Below, piece after piece: positions 49,234-63,021 of a stretch of 64,000 nucleotides of DNA. Each line of letters begins with the position of its first letter. Position 1 is the first letter of the stretch. Both the position numbers and the translations under genes were made by a program. The notes beneath the pieces are model-generated. The model was not told the origin of the DNA, made no database searches, and saw only the letters and a program-made list of their open reading frames with translations. Source of the stretch: Zootoca vivipara (taxonomy: Eukaryota); contig NC_083279.1 in the NCBI RefSeq assembly GCF_963506605.1, positions 79,050,001 through 79,114,000 of the forward strand, in the 5' to 3' direction.

Positions 49234-49533
49234 CACACTGCTATATAGAAGGCAGCTAAGAAGCCGTCAGAAATGACAAAATACACAATGAAGATCACAT
49301 AACCTAGAAAGTTCTGATCCATTGCAGGTAAGCCATAATGAAAAGCATGACTACAAAAATAAACAAAACAATTAAAGTAATATTCAGTACTAATCCATTA
49401 GAAATATAATATTACAGGATAAAAAGCAAACTCTCAAAATCAGCAAATAAACAGGAAATCACACACACACCCCAACAATCACAAGAAATCATTACTGGGG
49501 TATAATCAATAAAAATGACAGCAAATTCACAAC

Positions 49534-49640
49534 CATGGGCATAGGCAGGGGGCAGCTACCCCCCAAATCAAGCAAATCAATAAAAATACTTAACTGAGGT
49601 TCTGCCCCCCCCAACATGAAGCAACCTGGCTTCGCCCATG
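49534..49640. mobile_element. Short hAT-like MITE
   Basis: CATGGGC...GCCCATG termini; TSD TTCACAAC/TTCCCAAC. Confidence 0.75.
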
Positions 49641-52600
49641 TTCCCAACACATTAAAATACCAGAGTCCTTGAAAAAAAACAAACTGAGCCCCAAAGTCAC
49701 ATAGCTTATGAAATTGCAAAATGCACCAAGTTCCACAAAGCCTGGACATTTATTTCAATGGAGCTGAGCAAATGGGTGCTAAATACTATTGGGGTGCTTT
49801 AAATACATACATCCTTCCTGCAGCAGTACACTGTACTCTTGCTCTGTCTTCCATTCCCCATAGAAGGCATTTCGAAACTGGTGCTATTTTCAGGTGGGAT
49901 TCAATCACAAACCAGCAAATTCAGAATTGCACAAATAAAGCTGATTTGGAGTTCTTGTACAAGAAGCCTGTCTCCCCAAAATATTAATGGGGAGCATAAC
50001 TTATTTATTTATTACTTTTAAAAGCATATCCTCCTTTTAACCATCAAGGCCTTAAAGTGCCTGGCAATGATAAAAATATACAAAATGCAAAGTTTAGAAT
50101 TCAAATTTAAAAACGCGCCAGAAAGGATAACACTTGCCTGATCCGATGCCATCTCTGCAAACAAACTAGAATTGAATGCTCCTTAAACAGCCAGCTTTAT
50201 CTAATCTCCCAGCAAACAAATCGGAATGAATGCTCACTATTTGGCCAATGTCATCTAATCTCCTTGTAAATAAACCAGGATTAATTCTCAGCGAGCAGTT
50301 CATCTGGAAATGAGAGGACTGGTTACTCTGGTTCAATCCTGAAAGATGCAGAGGCAATTGGCCATTCAGAGAGAGAGAGTACACATCTCACGAGCTCTGT
50401 GCTGGTGTGAATATGCCAACATCTCAGGAGAGTTTTGCCCAAGTCTGTGATTGATTCAGAGTAAAAGAATATGTGAGCACAAAAACTAACGATCAATGGA
50501 GAGACTCTGAGAGACACCTGTTGTCAATGGAGAATAAACCACTTGGATTAGTGTGATTGATCACAGTTGTGTAAATAGGAAGATTCAGAAAACCACCTAA
50601 TCGAGCTAATCCCAGTCAGGGATGATGGGAGTCAAAATCCAACCACTTCTGGAGAGGCAGAGATTCACCAAATCTGACCTTTCTCTTCTTTATTTTGAGC
50701 AGGTTAATGTGATGCCCAGGATCAGCTCACCTGATATGTTAACTGCATTCCCATGATAGCTTGATTGTGCAACGTATCTAAATATTCTCAGGCAAACAAC
50801 TCGGGGTAGAATCTGTACCAGGGTAATATAGAGGTTGCCTTATACATTGAACTGGCTCATTGGGCGGATTCACACAAGCAAGGGCACCCAATGAGTCCCA
50901 TTACTGTACCTGTGTGTGCCTCGCACCACCAACAACCCCCAATCGAAATGTATTGGCTACACACCGGGAAGAGAACACTCTCCATCTGTGGCCACTGACA
51001 TTAAATCAAAGTTTACAGCAGCCTAGGTTACCCTACTATGGTTTGCTGCAACCCTCATGAGAAAAACACAGCATCGTGAATGTGCACAGCGTCCCCTCTT
51101 TAATGGAAACGTACATTTTCCTTGAGCTTGCTAAAGCAATTGTCTTGACTTGTTACTGTGGAAATTAGTACTAAGGGAAGCTTCGCCCTCCCTGCCTTCT
51201 TCCTTGCACCTTCCCTGGGCCCCTCAAAATGCCTCAAATTTAGGAATACAAATTTTAAAGAGTCTGGCAAGCTATTCAGCAAACGATATCATTTTATACC
51301 ACCTTTTTTCCCCGCTGAGAGGAAAAACTGTACGTCCTCCGGCTCCAGTTGCAGCCAGTGGCAACATGCCCACAAGACTTCAATGGGAGCAGGATTTGGG
51401 TCCTCTGTGCGATACTGCCAGGTGCAGGCTGTAATGTGAACGGCCATAAATGATCTGGATGCAATGGGGAGCTGCAGCACAGCAGCTTTCCATGAGAAAC
51501 AGTTTAGACATTAATTCAGCAAGGAGACTAGCGCCACTGTAATCAGGGCTTAATTGCACGCTTCAAGTTAAAACGCACGCTTGAATACCTTGGTGAGCAG
51601 GGCTCCGAGTGAAAGCACTTCCTTTTCAAAAGAAACCTCATACCCCAAAAGCTGCGTTTTGTTCCTCGCTTTGTATAGGGTTTCTGAAATTTATTACTGA
51701 AGATGTACGGCTTCCAAGGCCACAATGCCTTCTTCTCAAGGAGTCCGGGAGAAACTCCGCCACGGGCTGCCGTAAAATGTGTTGCAAATCACCAAGTAGC
51801 TGTATAATAATAATAATAACGGGCACAGCCCAGATTCTGTGAGAGTGTTTTGGGAACATGAGCAAAACGGGTATGCATTGAAATCGCTGCCCTTTCCCAA
51901 ACAGCCTCATACATTGGTGCTCACTGAAGAATGTGGTTCAAGTGAAGAAAAACACTTTCAGTTCATTTTATTGGCTGAACTCCTAGTTCTCTCTCATGGC
52001 TTTAAGCACGTCACATCTCACTAGCGAGGAACGACCCTGAAAATTGCCCCCTATTGGTTATTCCCAGCATCAGGGAATAAGAGGTAAAGGAACATGGGAA
52101 GCTTCCTTATAGTCAGCTCATTGGTCCATCTAGTTTAGTACTACCTGCACTGACTGGCAGCAGCTCTCCAGATTTGCAGGCAGAGGACACACCCAGCCTT
52201 ACCTGGTGATGTCAGGGTTGCACCTGGGACCTTCTGCATGCAAAGCAGGTGCCCTGCCGCTAAGTTAGGGCCCTTCTCCCATGCTGCCAGGCACGTGGGG
52301 TCCGTTTAGCTACCATGGCAGACAGCCAAGGATAGACCCAAGGCAAAGCATAGCACCTGTGTCTTTTAGTTGGGTAAAAAGAAATGCCAGTTGTGGCAGG
52401 TAAAGCTTAACTTGGAGGGGTGAAAAGGCCACACCTGCAGAAATAGCCTCTAGTCTTCCATGCAACCATGGAAGCAATGGGGCCTCTGCCCAGGGAATTA
52501 GGTCTGGGCACCCGCAGCTTATGGGGCACTTCAAAGCACCCCCAGAGGCAATGGCAGCACAGTGGGGAACAGATGTGGCATCAGAGCCCGCAATGGACTT

Positions 52601-53449
52601 GCCAGGGCTGAGATCCTTTTTTTCCTCGTTAAAAACCGTTCAGCCATGTGCTCTGCCCAAGAACTGCCATTTTACAAGCTCCGGCTGCACTCAACTTCTT
52701 CACTTGTGCAGAGTGCTTCTGGACCCAGGTGTTACAATTTTTAAATGACCCTTATCCCTTATTGTCTGGTGAACTTGAAGAGACAAGGGTGCCTTAATGC
52801 TTGGAAAGTGGGCAGAGCAGCAGGAAAAAGCCGGGGTGGGGAGGGAGAAAACAGAAAGCAATGGAGCAGGCAGGCTAAACCCCAGAGGACAAGTTGTGGG
52901 CAACCTGGAGGGGGGCCCTAAATGCAAGCGGTGGGTGGAGCCAGAAGCAAAAAGTGGGTGGAGCAATGGATGTGATTCTGACCTTTGCACAGCAGGCTGT
53001 ATTCCAGGGGTTTCTACACACAGAGGCAAGCAAGAGGCATCATCACACATCACAGATCATTCCATGCACTCAAAATCGCTTGTGGGTGTGCAGTAGGGCC
53101 AATGAACGGGGAATGTGGCCTGGGAATGGGTGTGGCCTGGAGAGTTCCCAGGGTCCAGACAGAGAGGTCTGGAGGGCCACATTCCCACACTGCCCCTGAG
53201 CTTAATGCTCCCCATCCCTTCTCTATGAATGTCTCATCTTGTTTTAAATCAAAGCTCATGTCTGCCACCACCGCCACCACACCTAGAGACAAAGCAAGGG
53301 AACCTCTTGGGGTACTTCTATTAAGTATCAACTCAAATTATCATCATCCTAAACTTACTTTTAACTGAAGTTGTAGCTCTTGGTTATTATGTACCGGGGA
53401 TGCAGAACCTTCAGCCCTGCAGGAATTACTGAACCATCATTCCCATCAT

Positions 53450-53495
53450 GGGGTCACGAAGAGTCGGACACGACTAAACGACTAAACAACAACAA
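53450..53495 (+). mobile_element. BovB/RTE 3' terminus, extremely truncated
   Basis: GGGGTCACGAAGAGTCGGACACGACTAAACGACTAAA(CAA)n with 12-bp TSD CATTCCCATCAT. Another BovB-like tail fragment at about 6619-6659. Confidence 0.85.
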
Positions 53496-54042
53496 CATTC
53501 CCATCATCCCTGACCATTGGGCCATGGACTCAGCTACATTGGCAAGGGAAAAACGCTTTGTATGCGTTGTTTTATACGTTCCAACACTGACACCAGATGG
53601 CGCTGTGGAGTTCCGTTTTTCCTAACCTGTTTTCTCAAAGTTTGCAACACATTTAACTGAAACACTTCTTTGATGTGTCTAGATCCAGCCAGCCCATGCT
53701 GTCTGGGGCCGATGGGACTTGAAGTCCAACAAGTCTGGAAGGCCAAAGGTTCCCCATCACTTAACATATACATGCAAATTTTAAGAATTCAATTTCAGTG
53801 GGAAACTGAGCCTGCAATCCTGCACCCACATATCTGCAAGTAAGCCCCGCTGAACTCAACAGGGCTTCATTTTGAGTTGATTTTTTTAAATAAAACTGCA
53901 CTGAAGTCTCTCCCATTAAAACCAATGAGTTTTCTACATTTGGCTGGATCATGTCTTATCTACAACTCAAACGGCAGAGGCCTAAAGCAAATGAGAAATG
54001 AGTAACAAACTCAAATAGAGAGAAAAATCACACCATAAAATA

Positions 54043-54048
54043 TTTAAT
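54043..54048 (-). terminator. Candidate SHISA2 polyadenylation signal (ATTAAA; an AATAAA also at 54195-54200)
   Basis: On the - strand ATTAAA ends an AT-rich unique block and is followed by a GU/U-rich tract (tatggtgtgatttttctctctatttg). Implies a ~3.2-kb 3' UTR. Inferred only. Confidence 0.45.
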
Positions 54049-56930
54049 ATGAAACAAAAGATATTTTTTTCTTCACTTGTAAGAATCAGTTACTCAAGTG
54101 CCCTTTAAGAAATTTAAAAAATTATACCAAACATTAACATTGGTTTTACATTATTATACATGACATATAAAACACCACATGTCACAAACTTTCTTTTATT
54201 ACAACTCAAAAGCATTTCCCCTTTTCAATGTAAATTAATTCCTACATACTTTTGATTTAACTTATTCATTAAAAAAAACAAGTAAACAAACAGATTCACC
54301 TGATTTTCATATAATTAACATGGCATGTGCAATGAATACAATGAATTCTGGGAAACAGAGAAGGGTGCAATCCTATTCATTTCTACTCAGAGGTAAGTCC
54401 TACTGAGTCCAGTAGGACTTGCTTCTAGGCAATTGTGCACAAGATTGTAAACTATTTTTTTCTTCACAAATGGAAAAAGCTAACATCAGTCTCTGAGTCC
54501 ATCTCCCAGAAGTGAAGCAGTGGGCCGAATCCAGGAAACTGCTCAGCATCTTCTGTCTCTTTTCAAGCAAACGGTGTATCAAGGGCATCCATTGCTCTGC
54601 AAGAAATTCCCAGCAGCACTTCTCAAACTGAAAGCTAGACTTTACTAAACAAACATGGTAAGCAGAGTAAGGTAACTGCAAAGGTACCTATTGGACAAGT
54701 GATCTATACCAGTGGTTCTCAAACCCACCATTTGAACATTGCTGCAGGTCTTGGCAGACCACTCAGTAAACTTCACTTTGCTCTAAAAATCAAAGCACAC
54801 ACATAAGTTCAATTTAATAGCTAGGGAAATATTAGTTGGCTGCATCAGCACCTTATTGTGAAAATCACAGATCCTAGGCTATGGTCTTCTTTGCCTGTTC
54901 GATAAAACTGGCAATGACCGAAAAGGACCGAGTCTTCACCATCAGGAAGAAAAAATCAAGTGCATGAGTGAGTATAGCTAGCCTTGCAACCACATGAATG
55001 AAGCTTGTAGACCACAAACCAGCATTTGGGAGCCTCTGGTCCAGACCCTCTAGCACTCTGAGGACAACAAGCAGCAGAAACAAGGAATTCAATGAATTCC
55101 TATGGGTGCAAAAGCACTTATGCACACATGAAAAGAGCTGCATGGGGTAAATTCCATTAAGTTCGGTTCCCTGGATCAGAGTATACTGGTGCAATGTGCC
55201 CATGCGCTTCTGTTTCCTTGTTCAAGAGCATCTCTTTCTCCTGCATTTATCTCTTGTGCACAGAGCATCGGGGTGAGGCAGGAGGAACAAAGCCTTGGCA
55301 CAGTGTCAATATGTAAGTGTCAAACTTCAGCAGACAATATAAATAAATTATATTGCTACATAGTGGTGTGGGTTTTTTGGGTGGTTTTCTAACGAGAAAG
55401 CAAGAGTACTGGATTTCTGAAGCACGAAATACATTAACAATTAACACAGACCTTCCGCTTCTTTTACAACGATTGCCAGAAACGTAGCTGAAGATAAAGA
55501 TGAAATCAACCCGGTTTAGTGCAATATCATCCCTTGAGCCGCCCAAAGACCTTTACATCATGCGGAATTATTTCGCTGTTGAATGAATCTGTACACAACG
55601 GAAACGTGTGGTGATGTCACGCTTCTAATACTTTTACAGGCAGCAAATGGTGGTTAGGTGCGTCTGATATGTGCATGACCACATGCACACACATCACGCT
55701 GAACCCGGAAGGGATTCAAAAACGTCACAAAAAGGGGTGGAACGGGGCGGGGGGGGAGCACAGGGTATTTGCAGGCTTTTTCAATGGGTGCTCCAATTGT
55801 GCATGATTTCGTGCAAGCATGCAATGACCCCCGCGCAAACGGGGAATTGTCTGTACTTCGACAAAAAGAGGTTTTCCGGGGAGCCAGAGGGTTTCTACCT
55901 CTGCAGGTCTTTCCCAGCTCTGTTGTTTGGGCTGACCACTTCTATCTGCTTCACATACAAATCCCATTTCCATGTGGTCCAAGCCACCAGGGCCTGATCC
56001 ATTGAACTGGAAATGGGGTCAAGGAGCCATGCTGGGGGGAAAGTCTTGGCTGCAACCCACTTAATCTCACGCCACCAATGCCCAAATTCCAAAGGCGTTT
56101 CCTGAGCATTGCAAGTGGCGTTTGCAAACAAATGCAGCTACACTTTTGTTGGCCTGCACAAACAAAACAGGTACAGAGGCTTTTGTGGGTACTTCAGCTG
56201 GAATAGAAACTTCTGCTTTGAAAATCGCTGATGTAAGCCACACTTATGCAAAATGCTCGGCTCCTGAGCACTGCCAGGATCCAAAGAAGTATGTAGCTAC
56301 ATCTACGCACCTGAATGGCTTCTGGGCTTGAGCTTCTCAAACAGTCCCATTACCAATACCACATGGCCAACTGTTTCATGATGCAAAAGCAGGCTTTCAA
56401 AAGCAGTTTGCAATATGGCAATATGGCAAAGGGTATAGATAAGATACTAGGAACATAGAAAGACGTTTTATATGAGGTCACAGCTGTTTGTCCACCTAGT
56501 CCAGTGCTGTCTACCCTGATCCCAAGCTCTCAGGAAGCGCTTCCTTCACCTGCTGCCTGGTCCTTTAAGAGGGATGGGGGAACACAGGACAACGATCCCT
56601 GCTTTTTTAAAAAAAAAAAAAAACATGAACAATTGGATAAACACTGGACCTTCTGCATGCCAAGCATGCTCCCTACCACTGAGCTATGGTCCCTCCCTGT
56701 AATTTCAAGTCAAACTTCTAGGACTATGTAACTAACCAGGATTGCACTGTTCATCCTTCTGTCTTCAGTGTGATTGTCGGAACAGCAATACAAAGGGTAG
56801 TTAAAACTCTGGGGGAAAGACACTTCTAAAACAATTATTTCGTACCATGTAACAAGCTGGTTTTCTATTCACTAGGTAAATACCGTCGACTGTGTAGCAC
56901 CTTAAAGGGCACTTAGTGGCTCAGGCATTT

Positions 56931-56932
<2 letters not shown>

Positions 56933-56968
<36 letters not shown>
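56933..56968. repeat. (AC)18 microsatellite in the SHISA2 3' UTR
   Basis: Read directly; reads (GU)n on the mRNA strand. Confidence 0.95.
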
Positions 56969-56971
<3 letters not shown>

Positions 56972-57272
56972 TCTAACCGAAATGTAGATGCCTCTTCAGC
57001 ATAATAACCCTTTGCCCCTGTAAATCATGCACTGGAATGGAAGCATTATCTGGAAATGTTAAATCAAAGTTCTTTTGGCAACTGAACTGAACGAAAAGAA
57101 AACCGTTTATAAATACTGTCCCGACATGCATGAGCCTTCCAAAATTATTTACAAATGAAGTTCGGCAAGCTTCTTTCCAAAAGCGTTCCTTTCCTCTGCT
57201 CACAGTCTTTTATTTTTTTTGCTTGGGTGTCTTTTTTTTTTCCCTTGCTTGCTGCTTCTTCCCTCCTTTGAG

Positions 57273-57884
<612 letters not shown>

Positions 57885-58316
57885 TTATTGAAAGCGCATA
57901 ATAAGCTCAGAGGGTAGTAGCTGTTTTTCCTTCGTTCTTTAGTCACAGCTAGCGTAGCGTAATGGTTAGGGTGTTAGACCAGGACCTTAGGCGGCCAAGG
58001 TTCAAATCCCCGCTTGGCCATGGGTGAACTTGGGGAAGTCACCCTCTCTCAGCCTAACCTACCTCACAGGTTTGATGCGAGGGCAACATGGAAAAGGGAA
58101 GAAGTATCGACCATATGGGATCATCCTGTCGTGCCCCCCCCCGGTCATTCCACATATTTGACAGCCACTGTGAGAAACACACTGCATGCCAAGATCATGT
58201 CACCTGGCTTCCATTACTACAGTGGAGAGGAGACTCAACCCAAGCATGCCATTTTTGGTGGCACTGCCATATTTTGGGCAACATCCAGTTCTGCTCTTGT
58301 AGTAGTAGTAATAGTA

Positions 58317-58559
58317 CAGTGGAACCTCGTGTTATGTACCATCCTCCTTACGAACGCTTCAGGTTACGAGCTCCGCTAACCCGGAAGTAGATGCTCCCGG
58401 GTTGCAAACTTTGCCCCGGGATGCGAGCGGAAGTCATGCGCCGGCAGCGCGGCAGCAGCGGGAGGTGCCATTAGCGAAAGCACGCCTCATGTTATGAGCA
58501 GTTTCGGCTTAAGTGCGGACCTCTGGAACGAATTAAGTTCGTAACCGGAGGTACCACTG
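58317..58559. mobile_element. Tc1/mariner (Tigger-like) MITE
   Basis: TA|CAGTGGAACCTC...GAGGTACCACTG; sits in a (TAG)n tract next to an L2 tail. Confidence 0.82.
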
Positions 58560-58574
58560 TTGTTGTAGTAGTAG

Positions 58575-58812
58575 TAGTAATAATAATAATAATAATGCTT
58601 TATTTATTTATACCCCACGCATCTGGCTGGGTTTCCCCAGCCATTGTTAAATTAAAAATGCAATAAAACATCAAACATTAAAACCATCCCTAAACAGGGC
58701 TGCCTTCAGGTAGCTTCTAAAAGTCAGATAGTTGTTTATTTCCTTGCCATCTGATGGGAGGGTGTTCCACAGGGCGGGCACCACTACCGAAAAGGCCCGC
58801 TGCCTGGTCTCA
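58575..58812 (-). mobile_element. L2 LINE 3' end
   Basis: ORF 58671..59051 ends TRQRAFSVVVPALWNTLP...FRSYLKAALF, the same family as 16553-16917. Confidence 0.85.
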
Positions 58813-61800
58813 TTACACCTGTGTGCAAGTGGCCTTTTGAAATTATTCGCCCTACCTGTGAAACTCCAAGGAAACTGGAGAAATGGCATTTCACTGCAAT
58901 GCCCCAGCTTTTGGAGGGGAGTGGGACTCTGCAGTTGGCCATGGCAAAAGCATAAGCCATCTAAAAAGTTTTCATTTGCGACAACTATGAGCAGCAGCAG
59001 CAGAAGCAATTTTGCTGGAAAGCTGGCCAATATTGTGCATCTTCCATGCACAATGTTCCTCCGCTGAGTGGGGCATTATTCAAGGGCCTTTGAAAGGGAG
59101 TGGAATAGTAGACACCACAAAACAAGAAGTAAAGAAGAGTATCTGGAGAAATTTTTGTGAAGTGGCCTTTTGAAGTGGCCTTTTTTATGGGGACGGGTGA
59201 GTAAAAGTGGGACACAGATAATTTAGTACCGTAGGGAAAAAAGTCCAATAACAAATTTCAGCTCTTCTCTAGTTCACACTAAATTGCCTTGTTGCTTTCC
59301 TATGGCCCCTGCATTGCAAGATATGAGAGAAGAAAAACCACATCTCTTTTAACATTAAGGCAGCAATCTTGTGCACAGTTACCTGGAAGTAAACAGGCAA
59401 ACTCAGTGAGGCTCACCTCTGAAAAGATATGTACAGGATAGCACTGCTGCAAGTCTATAAAAGCTGGCTCAGTACGGCAATGAACTACTAGAGAAAGGTG
59501 GTTTATAGCAAAGTGTTGCTGTTCTTTTTGTAAGTAAACCCCAAAGCTCTGCTGTTGTGCAATCTCTCCATTAATTTCAATGGGGAACAGGCACCCTGTT
59601 ACAAACCTTATTGAAATTAATGCTCTCGCTGCAACAAGCACACTTTCCGGGAGTAAACCAGCTCTAATTATAACATAACTTCAGGCTAGTTCTGATGTGT
59701 TTAGGATTCATGAACAGCAGGCGAAGCGCTGGAAAGCAACCAGGGCTTTCCCAAAGAGAAGACAGAAGGCTGAAGTTTACCTTTTGAAATCCAATCACAT
59801 AAATACATGATTAGGAAGTGGCGCTGTTTATTCACACAGCAACAGGTAGGGTTTGGAGGCGAAATGAAGTGTCACATTGCTTGGGGGGGGGCGGGACTTG
59901 TCTTTCCTGGGATTTTCTTGTTTAAATTGGAGACAAAAATCAATGCATGCTAGGATGTCAGGTCTGAAATACAACTCATCTCGAGATATTCTGGGTAATG
60001 CTGCCACCTAGAATACTGAGGCTAACACGCCATATCCTATCAAAACAGGAATAAAAGGGAAGCTCAGAATTCTGGCATTTGTAAAGCATGAATGAATGGC
60101 TGAGTAAACATCGCAGCTGTGCACTCAAGCCACTGGTGCCTGCCTATTCCCCACTTTCCTCTATTTCAGCAGCTACACAAAAGAGGACGAGCTGAAGTAG
60201 ACATCAGCTTGCATACAATCTGTGCTGTTTCAGTACCATTTTATTCTCTTCCCCCCTAAACAACAAAGAAAGGACAATCTCTACGGTTACAAGCTAGTAC
60301 AGTGACTGTTCATTGCTGCTCAGAGGGTAGCTGGAGATATGCATTCCCTTCACCTTAACACAGTGGCTAGGAGGCAGTATTGGGAAGTCTTGGTTCAAAT
60401 TTCACCTGTGCCAGAAAGCTCAGTAAGCAGCCTCAAGAAATACGGCTACCTGTGTCACAACATGGATGGGAAGGCGCACCCGAACTCCGCAACCTGAACT
60501 GAGCATTTGGAACTGTATTTGGTATTGTTCTAATGTATTTTCAATCTTTTGTTGGAAGCCGCCCAGAGTGGCTGGGGAAACTCAGCCAGATGTGTGGGGT
60601 ATAAATTATAAAATATTATTATTAATTATTATTATTATATTTGCACAGGACCGTTGGTTAGGTGATTTGCATGCCTTGTTGAGATGAGCTGTGTCCTGTG
60701 CAGATCCCAATTCAATAACGTTCCTTCCCAAATTCAAGCTGTTGTGGGTGGGGCAGTTAGTCAAGCTGGTAGAGGGGTTGAAATTCCCGCTTAGCCATTA
60801 ATATTAATATTTCCCCTCTATTTGCTTATGATATAGCAGTATTAAAGAACTGTTGTGAGGCTAAGGTACTCTGGTGCCCAGTTAAAGAAATCTTAAGTCA
60901 GTCAGTCACATCAGTTTTACATGATTGGCGAGTTAATTTATTAAATTTGAATGCAAGTTTTTTAAAAAAAAAATCAGTTCAGGAGGAAGCAGCATAATTT
61001 CTATGGTTAGGGTCATTTCACAAACGGAAGGGCTCCATTCATGGAAAGCACTGAGGCCCAGTGGAGACTCCCTGCTATAGGAAGGAGAAGAGGCAGTACC
61101 TGCTGATTCCTGCACCCACCTGTCAATCACCCCCAATGCCACCTCTCCTGCTGCGCTGGGAAGTTCTCCCACAGCAGCTTTCCAGGAATGGCAAAGACCA
61201 CCCACTGCCTCCTTCCTTCAGCAAGAGCAGAACTCCACTGAGAGCAAACCTGGACCCAACCCTTTCATTTCAGATGACACACTCATGACACAACAAGCCT
61301 CTTCTTAGAAGGCAAGCTCCCAATTGGGGATGACTCTTCTAAGATGTTAGCCACCTACAGTTTTTATTATTACTTGCATTATGGGTTTTTTTTTGAAGAT
61401 CAGCATTAAGAAAAAAGCCTCGTTATTCAGAGACTGGAAACTTAAGTGTTATTAAGTTTTGATGAACAATGCTTCATAAAAATCCTAAGCACATTGCGTA
61501 AGACCTCCTGATTTCAGTGGAACTTGTTTTGAGGCATTGGTCACTACCCTACAAGGAAGTACTCTTGGGCTCACTGAAGTCAACAGCGTAGCTGCATGTA
61601 ACTCTAGGCTGTTTTATAACCACTGTGCTTGTTAGCAGGGTGTTTGTCACTTCATCTATGTTCTCTAAAATACTTTGGCAGTACTGTATACACTTTAGTT
61701 TAAAGTTATAATGGCTTCGTAAGAAGGTGGATTGCAGAGCTCGGCTCCAGAATTTTTGAACTTATTTTGAAATTCTTAGTGGGCTGTCACAGCTCATTAA

Positions 61801-61823
61801 AATAATTACATCATGAGTAAATA

Positions 61824-61968
61824 CAGGGCCGTCTCAAGCAGGTCGGGCGCCCTGGCGCTGAGATTGCTCCGGCGCCCCCGCAGCGCGCAGCATGGCTTCG
61901 TCGCGCAGCGCCCCCCCTGCCAGCCCGGTGCCCTGCGCCACCGGGTTCTACACCTAGAGCCGGGCCTG
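61824..61968. mobile_element. GC-rich hAT (Tip100-like) MITE
   Basis: CAGGGCCGTCTC...GAGCCGGGCCTG; perfect 8-bp TSD AGTAAATA. Confidence 0.88.
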
Positions 61969-62183
61969 AGTAAATAAAATGAAAATGTGATCCAGCCAAA
62001 GTTTGAAATTCCGTTGATTTCAGTGGGAGAGTTCATGAGAGTGTGTTTAGCTTTGTGCTTGTCTTTTCCTCTGAAAGCAGTGGGGTTTACAGTCCTACAT
62101 ATGTCCACTCAGAGGTAAGGCCAGTTGAGTTAAGTGGAACTCTTTCCCAGGTAAATGTGCTTCTTACTATACATGCACATAAG

Positions 62184-62321
62184 CAGGAATGCAACCATGC
62201 ATGTATGGGGCCATGGGTGTCATGCAGCGTTCATGGCCCTAGTAGTGAGATTTGTGGGTGCCTGGCCCCTTCATGGGGAATTTTGTGGGTGCTCAGGCAC
62301 CCCAGGGAGTTGGCACCTATG
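62184..62321. mobile_element. hAT-like MITE
   Basis: Perfect 8-bp TSD CACATAAG; degenerate TIRs (..GTTGGCACCTATG). Confidence 0.7.
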
Positions 62322-62885
62322 CACATAAGGAGTAATTTGCAATAACTAACCAACTTCCCACTTCAAGGAAAATAAACTGGCTACTACTACTTCCTCAGTG
62401 TATCAGCATGGAAAAAGATCCACCTATTTGTTTATTTCTCTCTCCCCCCCTCCCCAAGCATTGAGAAACGGAAGGTTTTCCAGCTGTAGGGGCTGAGAAA
62501 GGGAAGGGAAGGTTACTGCTTCACATGCTTCATTGACTCGAGAAAAACAACACCAATCATTAATGAAAGCACCAAAGTAACATTGACTTGTGTTGGTATA
62601 TAAACAGGGCCAGGGGCATTTTTTGAGTGGCCTCTGCTCAATGGCCCCCATATTGCAATTCCCATTCTGGCACTGCTAAACTTGATAGCCTGTTGTAAAC
62701 TTCTACAGGCACGTGGGCGAGGGAAGGATGAGTTTGAGGGGAAAGGTAGGGTAGGAGCTACCTACCTACAAAGCCCAGAAAGGACGTCATAAGATTTTAA
62801 AATGTATTTCAGCCCAGCATCAACAACATTCTCCTGCACCTAAATAACACGTGAGAAAGGCTCAAGTCATTTCTTTTGTGTAATG

Positions 62886-63021
62886 CAGGCATCCCCAAAC
62901 TGCGGCCCTCCAGATGTTTTGGCCTACAACTCCCATGATCCCTAGCTAAGAGGACCAGTGGTCAGGGATGATGGGAATTGTAGTCCAAAACATCTGGAGG
63001 GCCGAAGTTTGGGGATGCCTG
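62886..63021. mobile_element. hAT MITE, same family as 19-150 in opposite orientation, in the SHISA2 intron
   Basis: Same TIRs; perfect 8-bp TSD GTGTAATG (62878-62885, 63022-63029). Confidence 0.9.

Noticed and set aside
56893-56910. GTAGCACCTTAAAG match to the Penelope pLTR signature
   Set aside because: Only about 14 bp, with no further homology, hammerhead core or TSD; probably chance.
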